Notes under the pieces: generated by a model
What the model saw: the letters and a program-made list of their open reading frames with translations, nothing else
What the model was told of the DNA's origin: nothing
Databases searched by the model: none
DNA from: a bacterium
Lineage (GTDB): Bacteria; Bacteroidota; Ignavibacteria; UBA10030
NCBI GenBank assembly: GCA_043803945.1
Contig: JAZDJN010000026.1
Coordinates: forward strand, 1 to 64,000
Direction of reading: 5' to 3'
Length of the DNA stretch: 64,000 nucleotides
Made by a program: the position numbers and the translations under genes
Shown here: one piece after another, positions 59,007 to 64,000 of the stretch
How positions within the stretch are numbered: position 1 is the first letter of the stretch
How the letters are laid out: the number at the start of each line of letters is the position of its first letter

Positions 59007-60764
59007 ATGAAGCGTCTTATCGGAATTGTTGTCGTTGCGTTTCTTGTTGTTTCATTCGGTCTTGCTCAAACGGCTGGAGAAAAAATTGATACAGCCATGG
59101 TGAGTAAGATTAAGGATGAGGGAATGAATCATTCACAAATCATGGACTTGCTGAGCTATCTCTGCGATGTCTATTCACCTCGCTTGACATGGTCGCCGGA
59201 ATACCGGAAGGGAGCCGAGTGGACCGCTCAGAAAATGAAAACCATGGGATTGGAAAATGTTCACTTTGAAAACTGGGCACCGATTGGCAAAGGGTGGACA
59301 CTAAAAAGATTTACCGCTGTGATGACCGAGCCTATGGCCTCACCGCTTATTGCGTATCCCAAAGCATGGTCACCCGGTGTGAAGGGCACTGTGAAGGCCG
59401 AAGCCGTTTACCTGGATGCTAAAACTGAAGCTGACCTCGAGAAGTACAAAGGAAAACTGAAAGGAACGATTGTTTTAGTTAATGATCCGCGTGAGCTCAA
59501 AGCACGGTTCGAACCCCTCGCTCATCGATTGGATGATGCAGAATTATTGAGAATGGCCAATGCCGGTCCCACCGATGGGCGCGGAGGACGACGTCAATTT
59601 ACTCCTGGAGATACTGCTGCGTTGCGCCGTCTACTTGCCGATACATCGGCGGCTGCTCGACGGCAGTTTGGCGGCGGCGGACAACAATTTACCGGACGCA
59701 AACTCGAATTTGCTTTGAAAGAAGGAGCACTTGTTGCTCTTGATGGAGCATCAGGCGATCTCGGTACAATGAGCGTAAGTGCTGCCACTGTACCACCACC
59801 GCAGCAACCTGCAGGGCAACAGCCTCAAGGGCAGCAAGCTCCAGGTCAACAACCTGCCGGACAGGGGGGGCGTGGAGGGCGTATAAGTCCGTATGATGAA
59901 AATGCTCCTCAAATCATTCCACAGATCACAGTTGCTGCTGAGCATTATAATAGAATGGTGCGGATTCTTCAAAAGGGACAGAAGGTCAAATTAGAGTTGT
60001 CGCTGGAAGTGGAATTTACAAAGGCAGACTCAAGCTTCAATGTCATTGCTGAAATTCCCGGTACGGATCTGAAGAACGAAGTCGTGCTTCTTGGCGCACA
60101 CTTCGACACGTGGCATGCTGGCACCGGTGCAACGGATGATAATAGCGGCGTTGCAGCATGTATTGAAGCTGCCCGTATCCTGAAGACGCTTGGAGTTCAA
60201 CCCCGCCGGACAATTCGCCTCGGTTTCTGGGGCGGCGAGGAACAGGGCCTTATCGGCTCAAGGCAATATGTTGCGTTGCATTATGCCGAACGTGAGGGCG
60301 GACAAGGCGGCGGTGTACAATTCATGGGTGGCGGAGGCGGAGGTGCGTTGAAAATGAAACCAGAGTATGAAAACTTTTCTGTGTATTTCAACCATGATAA
60401 TGGCACGGGAAAATTCCGGGGTATTTACCTTCAAGGCAATGAAGCCGCTCGCTCAATCTTTCGCGCGTGGCTTACGCCCTTTGCTTCTCTGGGTGCATCG
60501 ACCATTACCTATTCGAACACCGGCGGCACCGACCATCAATCCTTTGATGGCGTGAACTTGCCCGGCTTCCAGTTTATCCAGGATCCGATTGATTACGATA
60601 CTCGGACACACCATTTCAATATGGATCTCTATGATCGGCTGCAGGCAGATGATATGAAACAGGCAGCAACGATTATGGCAGCATTTGCATACAATGCAGC
60701 GATGCGCGACGGAAAGTTTCCACGCAAACCGATGCCTGCTCCAGCACCTGCACCAGCACGATGA
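59007..60764 (+). CDS. Secreted M28-family metallopeptidase (carboxypeptidase Q-like, PA insert)
   Basis: Signal peptide; GAHFDTW, GATDD, GGEEQGLIGS, FNHDNG, GTDH, THH. Confidence 0.92.
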   Translation: MKRLIGIVVVAFLVVSFGLAQTAGEKIDTAMVSKIKDEGMNHSQIMDLLSYLCDVYSPRLTWSPEYRKGAEWTAQKMKTMGLENVHFENWAPIGKGWTLKRFTAVMTEPMASPLIAYPKAWSPGVKGTVKAEAVYLDAKTEADLEKYKGKLKGTIVLVNDPRELKARFEPLAHRLDDAELLRMANAGPTDGRGGRRQFTPGDTAALRRLLADTSAAARRQFGGGGQQFTGRKLEFALKEGALVALDGASGDLGTMSVSAATVPPPQQPAGQQPQGQQAPGQQPAGQGGRGGRISPYDENAPQIIPQITVAAEHYNRMVRILQKGQKVKLELSLEVEFTKADSSFNVIAEIPGTDLKNEVVLLGAHFDTWHAGTGATDDNSGVAACIEAARILKTLGVQPRRTIRLGFWGGEEQGLIGSRQYVALHYAEREGGQGGGVQFMGGGGGGALKMKPEYENFSVYFNHDNGTGKFRGIYLQGNEAARSIFRAWLTPFASLGASTITYSNTGGTDHQSFDGVNLPGFQFIQDPIDYDTRTHHFNMDLYDRLQADDMKQAATIMAAFAYNAAMRDGKFPRKPMPAPAPAPAR

Positions 60765-60787
60765 TCTCCAAGATGGAAAAAAAGACG

Positions 60788-60819
60788 ATGCCCCGGTTAC
60801 TCGGGGCATTGTTGTTTTC
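60788..60819 (+). terminator. Intrinsic terminator
   Basis: ATGCCCCG-GTTACT-CGGGGCAT followed by a T-rich tail. Confidence 0.6.
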
Positions 60820-60843
60820 ACCAGCCTTGAATGGGAGTAAACC

Positions 60844-61494
60844 ATGAATCGAAACCATACCTTATTCTGGATAATTTTGTTTGGAGTATCGTTTGGTTTT
60901 GTTGAGTCTTCGGTCGTCGTTTACCTGCGGGCACTATATTATCCGGACGGATTCAGCTTTCCTTTGAAGGTCATGGAATCATCCCACATTCTTGTGGAAT
61001 TGGCCCGTGAGATCATGACAATCGTGATGCTTGCTGCTGCCGGCGTGCTTGCAGGGAAAACGCGCTGGCAAAAATTCAGCTACTTCATGATTGCATTTGC
61101 TGTGTGGGACATCTTTTACTATCTCTGGCTTAAAGTCATTCTCGGCTGGCCGGTCACTCTCTTCGATTGGGATATTCTGTTCCTGATACCAATTCCCTGG
61201 ATCAGTCCCGTGATAGCGCCGGTAGCCATATCGATTATTATGATTGTCACCGGGATACTCATCATCCGGCAAGAGGAAAAAGAGGGCACGTTTACGCCGT
61301 CGATAATTCAATGGATACTTGCTATCCTGGGTACAGCCATTCTTCTGCTCTCCTTTATGATCGATCTGGGTGCGTCGTTGCGAGTGCAACAACCGCAACC
61401 GTACCGCTATGACCTCTTTGTACTTGGATTGTGTTGCTACATCGGCGGTCTCTGGCTGGCGTTTTTTAGGAGAAGGGGAAGTAATAAATCCTGA
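60844..61494 (+). CDS. Conserved hypothetical membrane protein
   Basis: About 6 TM segments; FVESSVVVYLR, ELAREIMT, WDIFYY, WDILFLIP motifs. Confidence 0.8.
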   Translation: MNRNHTLFWIILFGVSFGFVESSVVVYLRALYYPDGFSFPLKVMESSHILVELAREIMTIVMLAAAGVLAGKTRWQKFSYFMIAFAVWDIFYYLWLKVILGWPVTLFDWDILFLIPIPWISPVIAPVAISIIMIVTGILIIRQEEKEGTFTPSIIQWILAILGTAILLLSFMIDLGASLRVQQPQPYRYDLFVLGLCCYIGGLWLAFFRRRGSNKS

Positions 61495-61579
61495 ATAGTG
61501 TAAACGCAACAGAAATCAGACATCACGATCAGAGTTGAACAACGTGATTTCTTCTCCGGCTCCGTACTATCATCCGGGA

Positions 61580-62314
61580 TTAACGGCCGGCAGGATGGGC
61601 AAGCGCAATGATTGAGAGTCCGAATGGAAGTGAGGAATAACGCAACAGGTGTCGCTCAAACGAAAAAATCGAGGTCAGCGTTGAGTTCAAGAATGCACCC
61701 GGCATGGAAAGAGCGGCGTCGCTGTGTTGCTTGCTTGCTCGTTCGAACAATCGTGTTGCCACGGCTGCAGGAAAGAGCAGTGTATTATAATAAGAGATAA
61801 AGTCGATGGAATAACCGGTTGATGCCAGTAAATGCTGAAGCTGCGGTTTGGTGTAGCGGCGTTTATGGTGGTTGAGATCATCATGGGAGCTCCACATCCA
61901 TTGATACGCAGGTACTGTGAGAATCAGTGCCCCATCCGGTTTAAGCAGAGTGTTGATCTGGAGCAGCAGCCCGCGGTCATCTTCGAGGTGTTCAATGACA
62001 TCGAGTGCAGCGATAAGATCATACCGTAACTCTGGATTGGGTAAATCATCGAGGGTGCCGAGTATCGCATTGGCCAATCCACGTTTGCGGCAAAACTCAA
62101 TCGCAAGAGGCGATGTATCGGTTCCGTATGCCGTATACTGTTCGGAGAACATCTCCAGCAATGCACCCGTGCCGCACCCGACATCGAGTACCGGAGATGA
62201 TTTCGAAAGCCGAAGCTTCCGGCTGAGGAGAGCTTTGATAATTTGCTGCCGGGCGACGAACCACCAATGCTTCGTTTCGATCTCGTAAAAAGTCCGGTAA
62301 AGCTGTTCGTTCAC
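61580..62314 (-). CDS. Class I SAM-dependent methyltransferase
   Basis: HWWFVAR, LDVGCGTG, LDVIEH, TVPAY..WS.HD..HH.RRY. Confidence 0.9.
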   Translation of the reverse strand: MNEQLYRTFYEIETKHWWFVARQQIIKALLSRKLRLSKSSPVLDVGCGTGALLEMFSEQYTAYGTDTSPLAIEFCRKRGLANAILGTLDDLPNPELRYDLIAALDVIEHLEDDRGLLLQINTLLKPDGALILTVPAYQWMWSSHDDLNHHKRRYTKPQLQHLLASTGYSIDFISYYNTLLFPAAVATRLFERASKQHSDAALSMPGAFLNSTLTSIFSFERHLLRYSSLPFGLSIIALAHPAGR

Positions 62315-62315
62315 C

Positions 62316-63029
62316 CTAATAGATCCCTTTCGAGAAATTCTTCCGTACCCGTATCAGCCCCTTGATGTCATCGATTGCTGTATTGACAATCTTCACACGG
62401 CTGTCAAGGTCTTCAATCCAGCTCACCGGTAGGTCGAATATTCTATACCCAAGCTTTTCACCGATTACCAGAAGTTCCGTATCGAAGAACCAACCGGTAT
62501 CCACCACCTTCGGCAGGAGTTTTTGTGCAGCCGTCCTGGTGATCGCTTTGAATCCACATTGTGCATCGGAAAACTTTGTCCGGAAGAAGGACTTCACCAG
62601 GATATTATAACCCCGGGAAATAATTTCCCGTCTGATGCTCCGCTTGGTTGTAGAAGCCTTCAATAAGCGAGACCCGATACCAATATCAAATCCGTCGCTG
62701 ATCAATCCTTCGATGAGCGGAGGGAATGCATAGAGGTTGCTCGAAAGGTCGACATCCATATAGCTGAAAATATCCGCCTGGCTTTCAGACCAGACCTTCT
62801 TGAGTGCGCGGCCGCGCCCTTTCTGGTCGAGGTGCACCACCCGGACGCCGGGAAATTGCTTGCAGAGAGACTCGGCTACGGATTGTGTTTGATCGATGGA
62901 TGCATTATTGGCAATGACAATCTCCCAGTCAAACCGGCAATGGTCCTTGAGAAATTGATGCAGCGTGGCAATACTCGAGGGAAGTATCTTCTCCTCGTTA
63001 TAGACAGGGATGGTGACATTAACGAGCAT
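62316..63029 (-). CDS. GT2 polyprenol-phosphate glycosyltransferase (DPG-synthase-like)
   Basis: IPVYNEE, YMDVDLS, IGSRL, SDAQCGFKA, WFFDTELL. Confidence 0.9.
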   Translation of the reverse strand: MLVNVTIPVYNEEKILPSSIATLHQFLKDHCRFDWEIVIANNASIDQTQSVAESLCKQFPGVRVVHLDQKGRGRALKKVWSESQADIFSYMDVDLSSNLYAFPPLIEGLISDGFDIGIGSRLLKASTTKRSIRREIISRGYNILVKSFFRTKFSDAQCGFKAITRTAAQKLLPKVVDTGWFFDTELLVIGEKLGYRIFDLPVSWIEDLDSRVKIVNTAIDDIKGLIRVRKNFSKGIY

Positions 63030-64000
63030 AATCCTGAGTGCCTGATTGTTTTCGATTTTTCAGGGAGATCCAACCTGAGGAGGCAAGTAGAAGCACAAAA
63101 GGGACAGCCGGATAAAAATAGCGTGCCTCAGTATTTGTTGGAATGTGAATGACAATGTAGTAAATAATTATCAGAGCAGGGAGAAAGACAAGAGAATTTG
63201 ATCTCTGCTTCCAGAGGGCATACACAGCAAGGAGCAATGTCCCGTATTGAAGTAGGATGGCAATCAGCCGGATACACGATGCCAGGGGGTATGTGGTAAT
63301 ATAATCGGTGAGTGTAACTCCCGGTGAAGATGCCAAATAGGATTTCAAAGAAGGGACAAATCTGTTGGTAAGAATCCAATCGGGTGTGAGGAGCACCGGC
63401 ATTCTTTTCAGCATGACGCCGGCATACCACCATGGATGTTCTGCAATGATGGAGACTGCCTCTCGAAAACGTTTTTGATCACGCTCAATGCCGTTCGGGT
63501 AGGCCCAGTGAGAATAACCTTCTAATTGATTGAGCCGAGCATCGCCAAAAATAGTTCCATGGATATCGCCGAATTGGCTGATTCCTTCCCATAAGCTGAT
63601 CCCATTTCCCAGCCCAAGGGGGCGTACTGAACCGCCAGTAGCCGAGTAGCTTCGGATTGTGAGCGGAATAAAAATGAGGAGAAGCGCCGCTCCATAGGTG
63701 AGGATGAATTGCCGTGCGAATTTCCAGCCGTTTATTTTCCAGGCAAGGAACCCCAGGAAGAGGGGAAGAAACATCACATCTGCCCGGCAGGTGATAGCAA
63801 AGCCTACCCCCAAACCGGAACAGATTAACCAAGGATATTTATTGGAAGCAAAAAGGGCCTTTAACAGACACCAACAGGCAAGAAGTAGAAAGAAGGCAAT
63901 CGGAGCTCCTGGTAGAATCGTGATTTCAAACCGGGCACTTATAGGCCAAAGCGCGTAAGCCCAGGCAGCAACTGTGGCAACAGGTTTTGGAAAAATGGTA
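63019..64000 (-). CDS. Multi-pass membrane glycosyltransferase (GT-C, ArnT/PMT-like), 5' end outside the window
   Basis: Frame is open to the window edge; TM-rich; EARYFYP motif; in an operon with the GT2 gene. Confidence 0.7.
   Translation of the reverse strand, partial: TIFPKPVATVAAWAYALWPISARFEITILPGAPIAFFLLLACWCLLKALFASNKYPWLICSGLGVGFAITCRADVMFLPLFLGFLAWKINGWKFARQFILTYGAALLLIFIPLTIRSYSATGGSVRPLGLGNGISLWEGISQFGDIHGTIFGDARLNQLEGYSHWAYPNGIERDQKRFREAVSIIAEHPWWYAGVMLKRMPVLLTPDWILTNRFVPSLKSYLASSPGVTLTDYITTYPLASCIRLIAILLQYGTLLLAVYALWKQRSNSLVFLPALIIIYYIVIHIPTNTEARYFYPAVPFVLLLASSGWISLKNRKQSGTQDYAR

Noticed and set aside
44796-61509. Long antisense ORFs (44796-45365, 45396-46040, 56270-56929, 60979-61509 and similar)
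   Set aside because: Shadows of well-supported genes with no recognisable motifs

Overview
Bacterial DNA, probably from the FCB group (Ignavibacteria-like, inferred from T9SS C-terminal-domain motifs and gene content; not database-confirmed). 0.2-26.3 kb is a visibly AT-richer catabolic island. It holds a TonB-dependent receptor, a GntR/LacI hybrid regulator with a candidate operator, a GlpT/UhpT-type organophosphate antiporter, a PfkB kinase, the rare Thermotoga-type oxidative inositol pathway (iolG-iolM-iolN-iolO plus uxaE), three calcineurin-like phosphoesterases, a sugar ABC transporter and an FAD/Fe-S oxidoreductase. Together these suggest an outer-membrane-coupled inositol-phosphate utilisation system. 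21.6-29.4 kb and 58.2-58.8 kb contain several gene remnants that the ORF track misses or only partly captures. 34-43 kb is a very divergent peptide/nickel-class ABC cluster with two extra exported proteins. 43.6-53 kb has exported sugar oxidoreductase/isomerase genes and a GH78 enzyme, interrupted by a ~2.1 kb foreign-looking, possibly DPANN-archaeal cargo between repeat copies. Intergenic DNA from 36 to 55 kb carries many nested palindromic mini-elements with no transposase in the window. The right end has NfeD-flotillin, YbjQ, a carbonic-anhydrase-like gene, an M28 peptidase and glycosylation genes. No rRNA, tRNA or CRISPR array was recognised. All family calls come from motif recognition by eye, not from searches.
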